From Bacteroidota bacterium (GTDB lineage: Bacteria > Bacteroidota > JABWAT01): a DNA stretch of 64,000 bases. Below the pieces are notes generated by a model, which was not told where the DNA came from, did not search any database, and was given only the letters and a program-made list of their open reading frames with translations. The DNA is taken from assembly GCA_013360915.1 (NCBI GenBank), contig JABWAT010000001.1:5259-69258 (forward strand), read 5' to 3'. The translations under genes were made by a program, and so were the position numbers. Shown here piece after piece: positions 27,497 to 39,900 of the stretch (its first letter is position 1; every line of letters begins with the position of its first letter).

Positions 27497-30400
27497 TCAG
27501 AAAATGGCCCGTACTTCGGCCTTCAACGTATGAATTACCGGTTCCTCATTGATTTTCCGTCCATCGTAGGTAAAAAATGCGGTCACCATCTGACTAACCT
27601 GATAGTCGAAAAAGAAACTCCAGCGCAGCAATCTTCCACCCGGATTCCCATTGGTTAGTTCATATGGAACCTGATTCACACCTTCAGGTGATTTTAAAGA
27701 GGTTTGGCTCCATTCCCCTTCGGCTCTGAGGCGACCTTTTTGCGGAATGGACCAGATTAACCGGCCGGTTTCGCTGAGAATGAATGCATTTTGATCCTTC
27801 CGGCCGGACTGCCACCGGTAATCGGCATTTGACTTCAGGCCCGCTTCCCACCCTGCCAGAAAACGGTAGCTGACATCGGGGACAACTGACAGGCTGTTTA
27901 TCAGGAAGTCAGGTCGTAAGCCGGATGCACTCTCGTATCCGGTGACAGAAAAACCGGCATCGGTTCTGGTCGTCCAATTCTGCCAGGGACGGGCATTTAA
28001 CCGGATGGAATACTCCTCATAGCGTCGTTTTTCGCTGTCAATTGAATATTGCACCAGACTTTTTCTGGTCTCATAACGGAACCGCCAGTTCATCAGCCGG
28101 TTATTTGGATCGAGATAGAAATCCTGAATCAATTGCCGGAGTCCGGAAAGTGTATTGGGTTCCTTGAAAAATGTACTCAGATTTAAAAAGTAGATATCAG
28201 TTACCCGGGAGGTTTTTGATTTTTCCTCGATTCGAAGAACCGTTTCTGATGTCCAACGCTGACGGATTTCATCGGGTAAAACAGAAAACACCGGATGAAG
28301 AGAAGGATTCAGGTTTAGTCTCCACTGTGTTTTAAGATCCACGATTGGTTCGAGTGTTTCTCCGGGGTAGGTCCTCAGGATATAGTCTCCGTCATCGAAA
28401 CGGGTCAATTCAAATTCATTGTCTTCCGGTATCCCATTCTCATTCCTGTCTACCCAGATGTAGTTACCATATCCTGGCTGCACCTTCACAAAAAACCGGT
28501 CCATCCTCGACGTTTTCTGGGTGTTAACCTGGTAATCCCAGTCAAGCACTACGGCTTCATCAAAAGGTGCCCACCGGGCAGACATATCCACCAGAGTTGC
28601 TTCTGTGTTCTGGTTCCCCTGTTCACGAAACGGTTTAGTAAAATATTTCCGGTAATGGGTTACCATAAGAGATCCGGTCAGGGGGTCATCAGAAAGGGTT
28701 CTTGCCTCCAGTTTTCCAGTCCAGGCCGAGGCAGAAGGAGTCAGACTTCCGGCCACGGGTTCCGATTCGTTCCTCACCTTTAATGATGAATTGGCTGAAT
28801 AACCAGAGGTCGTGAGCCTGAGGCCTCCGGTTCCTTCAACTGCTCTGAATGAACCAGTCAGCAATGAATCAACGGGGCCCCGGTTTTCTCTGTTTTCATA
28901 TAATCCCGAGAAAAATGGAGACAGATGCTCAAACCTGAAATCGCCATCCAGGGCATGTTGGGTCCACCTGGTTGAAGCACGGGAAAGGGACTGCCTGGAT
29001 TTGGAAACGTTAACCCGGTAATCAGTAAAGAGCGGATTAAACAGGTACTGACTGATCTGACCCTTTATCTGGTCGGTCGATAAGTCATTACCCCTGGAAA
29101 ACCGGCTGTAAGAGGTTTGAAGAGTCAGCGTTTTTGATTGCCAGCTGGTTCCTGCTTCCCATTGTCTTTCCAGGGAGGATTCGAGCGGGTCCACGCCCAG
29201 ATTGCGGTAAAAATCAACATCCTGATTCCGGTCAGGTGACTGATAACCGGCTCCCTGGTATCTCTGAAATCCGGAAACAGACCACACCCCGCGTGCTGCA
29301 GTCAAGCCGGGGAAAGACAAGGAATCAGAGTTCCATGACAGCCTGTTAATGACCGCTCCGTCATTGGATTGCTCGTTGCTACCTTCCGAGAGCAGGTTTC
29401 GGTCCACGGAGGAAACAGACCATTCATTAATCCACTTTAAACCGGCAATGGGTGTCCAGATGGTCCGGGAATTCACCGATTGTGAAGAGACGGGAACCGG
29501 TAGGAAATAAACTGGTTCATAATTCCCACCCGATTGTGTCCATTCATAGACACCAATGCTCCGACGGATGTAGGACCCCCTGCCTTGCTCCACTTCGGAA
29601 AACCGTATGTTATACAAGGCCATCGGATGTCCTGGTGCATAGCGATAAACCGCGATCAGTCCCTGAGTGGTTAATGTATCTGCCTTCAGGTAAAATCCAA
29701 GGCTTTTGCCGGTCACAGGTTCCCGTCCCACCGAATCAATACCTGACCTGAACGCCTTTGTTTGATCATTTCCTGCCTGCCGGATGATGTCCCTGTCGGC
29801 CCGGGTTAATTCTGCCTCAACCGGAGTATTTGGATTGTCGGCTTCACGAAGGAAATGTATGGTTGATTGAAAGGCCCCATCAGACAGCCGGATCCCCGCT
29901 TCACCCGAATAGAAATCCCGGGCGAACTGCCGGTCGGAATATTCAAAATCCACGGTGACACGTGAAGCTGAGGTTATTAGATTGGCAGGAGTAAAGCTGA
30001 TCTCGCCTGAGGCATAGTCAATCACATAATCGTTGCTTTCACCCCGTGTGAGCTGAACACCATTCAGATAGACCCTTTCTGAACCTGCCAGAACCAGGAT
30101 GAATTTTTCCTGCTTTTTACCCCTCAGCCGGTAAGGTCCCTGACTCCCATCTGTTCCATTGAACGTATTTGATGTCCAAATTCCCTTCATGTTTGCAAAT
30201 CCTAATCCCGTCCGGAAAGTGGACCAATCGGCCTGCAAATCCAGGCCCTGTAATTTTCGGGTGTAGGAGGAAAGTTCATATCCTGCACGTGTGACCTGAT
30301 AGTCCCCCAACGTCATCTGGTAAATGGGATGTTTGAGCCGGATATATACCTGGTCTATTTCCTGAAGGGTTTGCGTGTTTCCCTCCGGTTGAATCGGTAA

Positions 30401-30958
30401 GTTTTCGTCGGTCAGGATCGCTGCGATTTCTACATCGTCGGTCAGTTGTCCTTCCAATTCAAGCCTGAATCCGCTGTTGACGGCCAGATCGCGGTTCGAT
30501 CCCAGGGTCACACCCCGGACGAAGGAACCCGATTTACGCAACTTTCGGTCACTTCTCCATTGCTGGAAGAAATCGGGTCCGGTTGGTTGTTCAGAAACAG
30601 CCAGATTGGCATCGGTGGGTGTTTTCCCAAGGGCATACCGACGGTATTCCTTCTGGAAAACAAATGGATAGTACCGGTAACGAAGGTATAGGGTGTCTGC
30701 CGGATGGTTTTTCAGCCAATCATCTAACCCCCTTACAAGCAATGTACCTGTTACCTGGTCATACAGAACCGAGAGGGTGGTGTCTGTAACTGAAAGTGAA
30801 AAGGAATCGGGAAGAAGTAATTCGGACCGGCCGGTTGAGACCGGATTACCAACCTGACCATGTAATGCCACTGAATCCTGATTAGCCACCCAAAGCTGCG
30901 AGTATGCATTAAATGGGCAAATTATCCCTATCAGGAAGAATATATTACTCCATTTCAA
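27497..30958 (-). CDS. large hypothetical outer-membrane beta-barrel protein (1153 aa)
   Basis: Signal peptide MKWSNIFFLIGIICPFNAYSQ, a long run of amphipathic beta-strand-like segments rich in Y/W/R, and a C-terminal ...AEVRAIF. I recognise no family. Confidence 0.6.
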   Translation of the reverse strand: MKWSNIFFLIGIICPFNAYSQLWVANQDSVALHGQVGNPVSTGRSELLLPDSFSLSVTDTTLSVLYDQVTGTLLVRGLDDWLKNHPADTLYLRYRYYPFVFQKEYRRYALGKTPTDANLAVSEQPTGPDFFQQWRSDRKLRKSGSFVRGVTLGSNRDLAVNSGFRLELEGQLTDDVEIAAILTDENLPIQPEGNTQTLQEIDQVYIRLKHPIYQMTLGDYQVTRAGYELSSYTRKLQGLDLQADWSTFRTGLGFANMKGIWTSNTFNGTDGSQGPYRLRGKKQEKFILVLAGSERVYLNGVQLTRGESNDYVIDYASGEISFTPANLITSASRVTVDFEYSDRQFARDFYSGEAGIRLSDGAFQSTIHFLREADNPNTPVEAELTRADRDIIRQAGNDQTKAFRSGIDSVGREPVTGKSLGFYLKADTLTTQGLIAVYRYAPGHPMALYNIRFSEVEQGRGSYIRRSIGVYEWTQSGGNYEPVYFLPVPVSSQSVNSRTIWTPIAGLKWINEWSVSSVDRNLLSEGSNEQSNDGAVINRLSWNSDSLSFPGLTAARGVWSVSGFQRYQGAGYQSPDRNQDVDFYRNLGVDPLESSLERQWEAGTSWQSKTLTLQTSYSRFSRGNDLSTDQIKGQISQYLFNPLFTDYRVNVSKSRQSLSRASTRWTQHALDGDFRFEHLSPFFSGLYENRENRGPVDSLLTGSFRAVEGTGGLRLTTSGYSANSSLKVRNESEPVAGSLTPSASAWTGKLEARTLSDDPLTGSLMVTHYRKYFTKPFREQGNQNTEATLVDMSARWAPFDEAVVLDWDYQVNTQKTSRMDRFFVKVQPGYGNYIWVDRNENGIPEDNEFELTRFDDGDYILRTYPGETLEPIVDLKTQWRLNLNPSLHPVFSVLPDEIRQRWTSETVLRIEEKSKTSRVTDIYFLNLSTFFKEPNTLSGLRQLIQDFYLDPNNRLMNWRFRYETRKSLVQYSIDSEKRRYEEYSIRLNARPWQNWTTRTDAGFSVTGYESASGLRPDFLINSLSVVPDVSYRFLAGWEAGLKSNADYRWQSGRKDQNAFILSETGRLIWSIPQKGRLRAEGEWSQTSLKSPEGVNQVPYELTNGNPGGRLLRWSFFFDYQVSQMVTAFFTYDGRKINEEPVIHTLKAEVRAIF

Positions 30959-31757
30959 GCAAATACGTCAATAATAGTCGGTTAGTGAGGATAAAAAGCT
31001 GATTTCCCTTTGATACGACATCGAGGACCTGTGATCCTTCGGGAAGACTCAATTGCTGCCACTCACCGGTTGATTTTTCCCTGAGGATTCTTCCATCCTG
31101 ACGAACGAAACAGAGGGTTGATAAAACAGAAGCAGGAGTGCCAAGCGAATCTGGAAAGGATTGAAGCGTATTTCCGAACCCATCAAATTCCTGCCAGGTT
31201 GCACCTGCTTGGTCATGAACAAACAACCGGTTCTCTGTCAGAATCAACCGGTCAGGTTGAATAAGTCGTCCAAGTCCAGCATCAATATCACCAAGTAAAG
31301 AAGTAATGGTCTGGCGCGGATTCAACCGGATGATTCGTTTGTTTCCTGTATCCAGAATAAACCAGTCTCCGCCCGGAGTGACCACGACACCTCCCGGATA
31401 TCTGAACCGTTCTTCCTGTCCGTCAAACGGGATTCCTTCCATCTGCCCAATCAGGCCCAATTCCCGGCTGAGTGTGGTAATCCGATGATTATTCCGGTCG
31501 GCCACATGAATCAGAAGATCATTGCTGCACCACAAGGAAACCGGCTGATTTAAAAATTGAGCCCCAGTTCCCTTTCTTCCATATTGGCCGATCAATTGCC
31601 CGTCTGCGGATAACCGGTAAATGGTATTTGCTGTTGAGGAGAGCAAATACAAATCTCCCGTCACAGAAATTCCGACTTTTTCGGAATGGTCCGGGACTGT
31701 TACAGTCCGGACGGGATGGATGAGCAGACTCTGAAGAATCAGAAACAGACAGATCAT
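30945..31757 (-). CDS. NHL-repeat beta-propeller protein (secreted)
   Basis: Hydrophobic N-terminus and repeated NHL-like blades (VADRNNHRITTL, ILDTGNKRIIRLN). The 3' end overlaps the downstream OMP gene by 14 nt. Confidence 0.7.
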   Translation of the reverse strand: MICLFLILQSLLIHPVRTVTVPDHSEKVGISVTGDLYLLSSTANTIYRLSADGQLIGQYGRKGTGAQFLNQPVSLWCSNDLLIHVADRNNHRITTLSRELGLIGQMEGIPFDGQEERFRYPGGVVVTPGGDWFILDTGNKRIIRLNPRQTITSLLGDIDAGLGRLIQPDRLILTENRLFVHDQAGATWQEFDGFGNTLQSFPDSLGTPASVLSTLCFVRQDGRILREKSTGEWQQLSLPEGSQVLDVVSKGNQLFILTNRLLLTYLLEME

Positions 31758-32683
31758 GACCGATAAGTTTCTGAAAACCAGCGAAGGGTTTCAGGCAAAC
31801 CATCTTTAAGCGTGGTGGATGGGGCCCACCCCATTTCCGATTTGATTTTTGCACTGGAAAGCACGGATCGGCGCTGTTCTCCGGCCTTTGTTTCAGCATG
31901 AACCTCGTTGGCACCGGTTCCAAGACCGCTGTTGATCAGATGGAACAATTCGTTAACCGTGGTCTCATGACCCGTGCCTACATTGAACACTCCGGACCCC
32001 TGATGATTCAGAGCCAGGAGGTTTGCTTTCACCACATCGCCAACAAATGTATAGTCTCTTGTCTGCAGGCCGTCGCCATTGATAACCGGTTGTGCTCCTG
32101 CCAGCAATTTTTTCGCAAAGATGGCAATCACACCAGCTTCACCATGGGGATTTTGCTTCGGACCATAGATGTTGCCATATCTGAGTGAAATGTAGGAAAG
32201 TCCGTAGACGGTGTGATAGTAGAAAAGGTATTTTTCAACGGTCGCCTTGCAGATACCATAGGGCGAAACGGGTCGGAGCGGATGGTTTTCATCGGCCGGA
32301 AAGTAATCCTGCTCTCCGTAAATGGCCCCACCAGTCGAAGCAAACAGAACCTTACGGACTTCGTATTTTCTACATGATTCCAGCAGGTTGATGGATCCCA
32401 GAATGTTAACCTTTGCATCAAACATCGGGTCGGACACACTTTTCCTGACATCCATCTGAGCCGCCTGATGAACCACAACCTCCGGACGGAAATCGAGAAA
32501 AATCGTCTCGATGGCTCTGTCGGCAATGTCCATCTCAATAAACCGGGCTGAAGAATTAACCTGGTGACGAAATCCGGAGTACAGATTATCGACCACACAA
32601 ACCTCATGTCCGGCTGCGATAAATGCATCGGTCAGGTGACTTCCAATAAATCCGGCACCGCCGGTCACTAAAATTCTGCTCAT
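31754..32683 (-). CDS. NAD-dependent epimerase/dehydratase (GalE / UDP-sugar epimerase-like SDR)
   Basis: ILVTGGAGFIGSHL Rossmann motif and the YxxxK catalytic motif (SPYGICK). Both ends have 4-nt overlaps. Confidence 0.85.
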   Translation of the reverse strand: MSRILVTGGAGFIGSHLTDAFIAAGHEVCVVDNLYSGFRHQVNSSARFIEMDIADRAIETIFLDFRPEVVVHQAAQMDVRKSVSDPMFDAKVNILGSINLLESCRKYEVRKVLFASTGGAIYGEQDYFPADENHPLRPVSPYGICKATVEKYLFYYHTVYGLSYISLRYGNIYGPKQNPHGEAGVIAIFAKKLLAGAQPVINGDGLQTRDYTFVGDVVKANLLALNHQGSGVFNVGTGHETTVNELFHLINSGLGTGANEVHAETKAGEQRRSVLSSAKIKSEMGWAPSTTLKDGLPETLRWFSETYRS

Positions 32684-33954
32684 ATCAGCCTGTTTAATCC
32701 TTTTTTTCCAATGTCATGACGAAAGTGCATTCCCTCAAAAGAAACCGTTTTAAGGTGGTCATAGGCAGCTTTCAGACTTTCCTCCAATGTGGGACCATAC
32801 GCACAGCTGTTTAAAACCCGGCCACCCGAGGTGACGACTCCGTTGTCTGAAAGTTGGGTACCTGCGTGAAAGATAACCCGATGGTCAGAATCTGCCCCAT
32901 CGAACCTGATACGATTTCCCTTTTCATACTCATCAGGGTAACCAGCAGCGGCAGCCACAACCACTGAAGCATAGCCAGGTTTGATCTGAATCTGATCTGG
33001 CAAGGAAAAGTTTGCAATTCCGGTCATGACCGGCAACAGGTCAGATTCTACCAGCATCATTTCAACCTGGCATTCCGGATCACCAAACCGGACATTGTAT
33101 TCGACCACTTTCGGTCCCTCCGGCGTGATCATCAACCCGACATACAATATTCCATTGTAAGGGTGTCCTTCACTTGCCAGGCCTTCAATGGTAGGCTTCA
33201 CGATGGTTTGCTCTATCTGTTTCAGCAAATGATCATCAACGACCGGAGCAGGTGCATAGGCTCCCATTCCACCTGTGTTTTTGCCTGTATCTCCATCGCC
33301 AATCCGTTTATGGTCCTGAGCCACAGGAAGCAATTTCCACCGGATTCCATCGGTCAGAACAAATAAAGTGGCCTCTTCCCCCGCCATAAACTCTTCAATC
33401 ACAAGGGTGGTACCAGCTGAACCGAACTGACGATTATCAAAGTAAAGCCTAACCGCTTCGGAAGCTTCTTCGTAACTGGTTGGGATTATCACTCCCTTGC
33501 CCGCGGCAAGACCATCTGCTTTCATGACCAGCGGATAGGCAGAGGCATGTAAAAACCGCTCGAGTTCCTGCCGGTCCTGGTGATAAAAAATCCGGTAGCC
33601 GGCTGTGGGAATCTGATGTCGCTGCATGAATGCCTTAGCAAAGGATTTACTACCTTCAAGCTGAGAACACCATGAATCGGGACCGACGGCCGGGATTCCC
33701 TTTTTCCGCAATTCATCTGCAAGACCGAGGACCAGAGGCTCTTCGGGACCAATTACAACCAAACCGATTCCGAGATCCCTGATGGTTTCGACCAGTCTGC
33801 TTATTTCGTTCACTTTAACCGGAATGTTGGTCCCCAGTTGTGAGGTCCCCCCATTTCCTGGTAAAAAATACAGACCGGTGCATCCCGGTGACTGACTGAG
33901 TTTCCAGCCGAGGGCATGTTCACGACCACCCGATCCGACGATTGCAATTTTCAA
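32680..33954 (-). CDS. purD: phosphoribosylamine-glycine ligase
   Basis: LKIAIVGSGGREHALGWKL and the ATP-grasp core. I prefer the TTG start at 33954, 4 nt after the sixA stop. The ORF-track ATG at 34014 would overlap sixA by 56 nt. Confidence 0.9.
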   Translation of the reverse strand: MKIAIVGSGGREHALGWKLSQSPGCTGLYFLPGNGGTSQLGTNIPVKVNEISRLVETIRDLGIGLVVIGPEEPLVLGLADELRKKGIPAVGPDSWCSQLEGSKSFAKAFMQRHQIPTAGYRIFYHQDRQELERFLHASAYPLVMKADGLAAGKGVIIPTSYEEASEAVRLYFDNRQFGSAGTTLVIEEFMAGEEATLFVLTDGIRWKLLPVAQDHKRIGDGDTGKNTGGMGAYAPAPVVDDHLLKQIEQTIVKPTIEGLASEGHPYNGILYVGLMITPEGPKVVEYNVRFGDPECQVEMMLVESDLLPVMTGIANFSLPDQIQIKPGYASVVVAAAAGYPDEYEKGNRIRFDGADSDHRVIFHAGTQLSDNGVVTSGGRVLNSCAYGPTLEESLKAAYDHLKTVSFEGMHFRHDIGKKGLNRLI

Positions 33955-33958
33955 TGGA

Positions 33959-34432
33959 TCACCCTGTTTGAATCTGATGTATAATTTGTCCGCTGATAGT
34001 ATGTCTATCTGCAAGATAGTCTATGATATAAATGGAACCTGTTGGAACCGGAACCCGCTTTCTGCACCACTGCCAGATCAGGTCACCGATGAGGGGCTGA
34101 TGACTGACAACCATCATCAGGTCACTGTCAAAGGCTAACAGATCCAGGGCGGCAGCAGCCGGATGGCTGTTGTAGTGCCAGGCCATGGAATCGGTCCGAT
34201 TGTGAATGGGGCTTTTCTGATACAGACAGTCCATCATGAGGGCCGCCGTTTCCCGGGCTCTTCTGACCGGACTGCTGATCATGAACGAGGGAAAAATTCC
34301 GGTTTTAATCAGTTCTGAGGCAGACAAGGCAATTTCCTCTGTTCCCCTGACACTGAGTCCCCTTTCAGAATCGGAAACCCCGTTTGAAAACCCGGCATCA
34401 CCATGTCGCATCAGGATGAGAATTCGCCCCAC
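33959..34432 (-). CDS. sixA: phosphohistidine phosphatase SixA-like (histidine phosphatase superfamily)
   Basis: ILILMRHGDA, SSPVRRARETA and VVSHQPLIG motifs. Length is 157 aa. Confidence 0.8.
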   Translation of the reverse strand: MGRILILMRHGDAGFSNGVSDSERGLSVRGTEEIALSASELIKTGIFPSFMISSPVRRARETAALMMDCLYQKSPIHNRTDSMAWHYNSHPAAAALDLLAFDSDLMMVVSHQPLIGDLIWQWCRKRVPVPTGSIYIIDYLADRHTISGQIIHQIQTG

Positions 34433-34519
34433 TCTTTAATCTTTCATTAATCACACTAAATTGATTTTGAACCGGAAGATAAAGATTTTTGTATTCCATT
34501 TGAATTTTTAACCATGTAA

Positions 34520-35836
<1,317 letters not shown>

Positions 35837-35855
35837 TCACAAACGGATGATGATA

Positions 35856-35890
35856 AAAAGGGGTCTGCAAGGACCCCTTTTTTTGTTTTT
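35856..35890 (+). terminator. intrinsic terminator after eno
   Basis: GGGGTC-TGCAAG-GACCCC followed by TTTTTTTGTTTTT. Confidence 0.75.
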
Positions 35891-35916
35891 ATACTTTTCA
35901 GTACCTTTACCAATTC

Positions 35917-36255
35917 ATGAGAATACCTGACTACCTTCAGAAAACCCTGACTGCCATTGCCCGGCAATTCAAATACCGCCCTGTCCTGTCAACTGTCGTG
36001 GTTGTGTCTGTTCCCCTGACATGGAGTTTGTTATTTGGTGACAGTGGTATTTACAGGCGGATTGACCTGGAAATTGAAAATCGTAAGCTGCGTGATGCGA
36101 TCACCCTCGAGATAAAAAGGCAGGACTCACTGAAGGTGGTAATCAGAAAACTGAAATCCGATAAAAGATACCTTGAAGAAGTGGCCAGGAGCCGCTATGG
36201 CATGGTTAAACCAGGGGAGACGCTCTATAAAATTCAGGTAGAGGAAGAAGACTGA
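35917..36255 (+). CDS. ftsB: septum formation initiator family protein (FtsB/DivIC-like)
   Basis: A single N-terminal TM, a coiled coil, then the RYLEEVARSRYGMVKPGETLYKI signature. Confidence 0.7.
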   Translation: MRIPDYLQKTLTAIARQFKYRPVLSTVVVVSVPLTWSLLFGDSGIYRRIDLEIENRKLRDAITLEIKRQDSLKVVIRKLKSDKRYLEEVARSRYGMVKPGETLYKIQVEEED

Positions 36256-36266
36256 TTCCATTACAC

Positions 36267-36320
36267 AAAAAAAAGCCCCCGGGTTTTCATGGAATTTCCA
36301 TCGACCCGGGGGCTTTTTTA
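36267..36320. terminator. bidirectional intrinsic terminator with a nested palindrome
   Basis: An A8 run, then the 11-bp stem AGCCCCCGGGT/ACCCGGGGGCT enclosing an inner TGGAA-TT-TCCA palindrome, then a T6 run. It lies between convergent genes. Confidence 0.75.
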
Positions 36321-36331
36321 TTTAACAGAGT

Positions 36332-36973
36332 CTAACCGTTTGCTGCAACCAGTGTATCCAGTTTATCGAGGATCTGTTTGACATAATCCTGCGACTCCGG
36401 ATCGGGTGCGAAGGACTTATCAATCAATTGAATAAACTCAACAGACTTAGCGTAATCCTTGAGTTTAAACTGTATCTGGGCGCCAGTCAATGCCCCATCA
36501 CTGTGATTGATTGAGTTGTCATACTGGAAAACGTAACTGGGCCTTTCTGTTGTGAGAAATGTTTTCAGTTTGGCCAGCATGTCGGATGTTGGCATGATTG
36601 CATGATCGACGGTGTTATCCAGATCGTACAATTCAATAAAGGAATACGGTATGATCGCTTCCTTTTCATCGTTCATGCACATGGTGAGATATTTTACAGC
36701 TGAATCGGGTTGATTCAGGCGATAGTATCCCCATCCCAGAGCCAATTCTGCATTGGGCAACCGCTTACCATCTTTTATCAGTTCGAGGTAGGCCTGTTTA
36801 AAGGTTTCCAGGGCACTTGCATAGTTCCCGGATTTAAACTGGGCCCAGCCATCATCGACCTTATCCTGAATGGTCGGATCAACTTCTTCTTCTCCGCAAG
36901 AGATGATTCCGGCAGCCAGAGTGATTCCGACAAGTAAACGGAGAATGTATTTGGTGATTACAGTAGAAAACAT
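36332..36973 (-). CDS. TPR-like lipoprotein
   Basis: Lipobox LAAGIISC. TPR-like helices (GNYASALETFKQAY, ELALGWGYYRLNQPDSAVKY). It starts 10 nt downstream of the giant T9SS gene. Confidence 0.6.
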   Translation of the reverse strand: MFSTVITKYILRLLVGITLAAGIISCGEEEVDPTIQDKVDDGWAQFKSGNYASALETFKQAYLELIKDGKRLPNAELALGWGYYRLNQPDSAVKYLTMCMNDEKEAIIPYSFIELYDLDNTVDHAIMPTSDMLAKLKTFLTTERPSYVFQYDNSINHSDGALTGAQIQFKLKDYAKSVEFIQLIDKSFAPDPESQDYVKQILDKLDTLVAANG

Positions 36974-36983
36974 GGTACTCTCC

Positions 36984-39900
36984 TTACTTCACAAGAGTCA
37001 TTTTTAAAGTTTTGACCACATTACCAGCAATGATCTGGTAGAAATAGACTCCGGAGGAAGCCACTCCTTCTGTGGTTTTTCCATTCCAGGTAGCCGTATG
37101 GAATCCGGCAGGTTTCAGTTCATTGTTCATCAGAACAGCAACTTCCTGTCCCATCACGTTGTAGACCCGGATGGTGACTGCCGTTTCAGCCGGCAGCGAA
37201 AATGGAATGACCGTTGTTGGGTTGAACGGATTCGGGTAGTTCTGGCTCAGAACCACTTCGGTTGGTAACTCGGGGCGGTTCTCGTTGTAGAACAGTGCAA
37301 GCGTTCCTGTACGATTAATGGAGGCAGTAACCTTTCCATTTTTGCCCTGTCCAGGCAGCCAGTTCCATTCTTTGGTCTCCTCATTCCACTGGTAAGCAGA
37401 CACAAAGCGTTCATCCTTCCATTCAGGCTGATGAGCATAACTCATTGAAATCTGCACTGATTTGTTAAAGGTCAGGTTCCTGTTAAACTGAACCATTCCT
37501 CCTACCGGCTTCATATCCATGTCAAAGGCATACTTATGATCCAGATCTGCATAATCAAGTGCCAGATAGCTCGTGGTGTTCACCACTCCTGATGGAAATT
37601 CGAGCTGGATTTTGAAATCTTCCAGAGGAACGGTATGCTTTCCACCCGGCGAGAGGCGAAGAATATGCAAACGTTTTTCTGCAAGCCCGGTATTTCCTGC
37701 TTCATCCTGTCCTGAAACACTGAATATGAACAGACCCGTATCAAGATCGTGGAAATAGGTCATGTAGATCCGGTAACCCGAATCAAAGAGCATATGTTCT
37801 TTCGGATTGACTGTCTCTCCGGACAAAGTGGCCGTAACAGCAGGCTCTCCAACCAAATCAGTGCCATATGAATAAGCCAGTGAAAGGTTGTTGCCCAGTG
37901 CATTATCAGTTGAATGAAGCATCCAGGCAGTTACTGCTGGTGCAATACCATCGACAACAAGAGTCCTGCTGGCCGGATTGGAAACACGGGTTCTTCCGGT
38001 CTGATCACGTGCGGTAACCCGCCAGTACACCGTTCCATCTGGTAATCCATCAGTAAATGTATGGTTCAGACCTGTGACTTCGGCCGTTTTCAGGATGTTG
38101 CTGAATTCGGAATCTGAAGCAATCTGGATCGTGTAGGTAATGACCTCATTTTCATCGGGATTAAGTGCATTTTGCCACGAGAAAACCACATTCTGACCAG
38201 GTACTTCTGCGTGATTGGCCGGTGCAATTAGCCCGAACGAAACCGGGCCAACAACTTTCACCGTGATTTTTATCGGAATTTCGACCAGCTCACTTGAAGG
38301 GTCATTGCTGTAAACGCGAATGGCAGACTGATGAACCGTTCGTGAAGGACCGGCGGTAAAAGTCAGGGTTATGTCCTGTGAGGCTTCCGGACTGAGGGTA
38401 CCACTCGAAGGATTAGCTGTAAAAGTGGTACCGCCATCATCTACATATAAAAGCATGTTAGCAAACAGGCGGTTTGTCGATGCATTATGACTTGTGGACA
38501 TGCCAGGGTAAATAACAGCACCAATCACATTTCCTGCAGGATTCACAGCAATAACCCGGTTACCATTCCCATCCGAGGCAAGCAGGGTTCCTCCTGCATT
38601 GAGTTCCGGATTGGAATAATTGGAGTTCCACCAGTAACTGGGTGTTCCATCCAGTCCACTGAATATCGGGTGACTTGGAAATGGCAAGGTGGACATGTTC
38701 AGTGAACCACTTACATTTTGCTGCGGTCCGGGAGTAAATGGCAAATACCCACCGGCAAGGATTCCTCCCTGAATTTTCCAGTTGTTACTTAAGGCATAGG
38801 TGCTGATCACAACCCCTCCGCCCTGATCCACATAGGCCTTCAGAGCATCACCAATGGCAACAGGGTTGGAAAAGTTGTTGTTGGTCCAAACAAATACTCC
38901 TGCATAAGGGGTCAGTTGTTCAACCGTCAGGGTTGAAGGACTCGAAAGTAAATCGAACTGATCGGATGTAAACTGGCTGGTGGCCACCAGATTATTCCTC
39001 ATATTCTCAAGTGCGCTTTGACTATCGGCCGCAAGAAGAAGGTATCGCTTACCGGATACCTGCCGTTTTGGAGAATCCAGTCCGGATACAAAGGTTTCTC
39101 TCCAACCTGCCGGAGATTGACCCGTAGCAGTTATTCCATCCGGAACCGGTTCACCCGGTCTGGATAGTACCTGAATCGGCCCATTGAGGCTCCATAAAAG
39201 GTCAGTTCCGCCGGTATTCTGAATGGTAAGTATTTTATTTGCCGTTTCGCCAGCAATCATTTCGAAAACCAGAGAATCCGGCATCACCTTAATGACCGGC
39301 GGGTTAAAGGCGATTCCACTGAGGGAAACCGTTTTTTCAGGAAAGTCCTCATCATTCGAGAGAATGGTCAGAGAACCAGAAAACTCACCAATTTCAGTAG
39401 GTGCAAACATAACATCAAGAACTTTTGATGAATCCGGATCCAATGAAAAGCTCTCGGTGAAACTGGTTTGAAATACCGACGATGATGAATTTACAGAAGT
39501 AACCTGTAAGGGTTCATCTCCTTCGTTTTTAATGGTCAGCGATGCAGAATTGATGGTTCCGACTTTGGTCTGAGAAAACTGGAATGAAGTGGGATTAAGA
39601 GACAGCACTGGTCCGCCCAGGACATGGAGATCGACCGTAATGGTTTCGACTTCATTCTCAGGATCATTGCTGAATATAGACAGGGTGGAAGTATAATCAC
39701 CTGCCTGTGAGCCAGCTTTTATTTTCAGATTGACCACCTGACTTTCACCAGGTAATATCTCACCTGAAGCTGGTTCAAGAGAGAGACGTCCTCCGGATCC
39801 TCCTGCCACATGAAGCAGCATATGGGCAAACAGCCGTTGTGCTGGCTCATTGGCCTGGTTCAGAAATCCTGGGAAAATAACTGCGGCTATTACCGATTCG

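Noticed and set aside
33955-34014. The ORF-track purD start at 34014, which overlaps sixA by 56 nt.
   Set aside because: PurD proteins normally begin right at (M/L)KIxxxGSGGREHA. A TTG at 33954 fits this and leaves a 4-nt gap after sixA. The start remains unverified.
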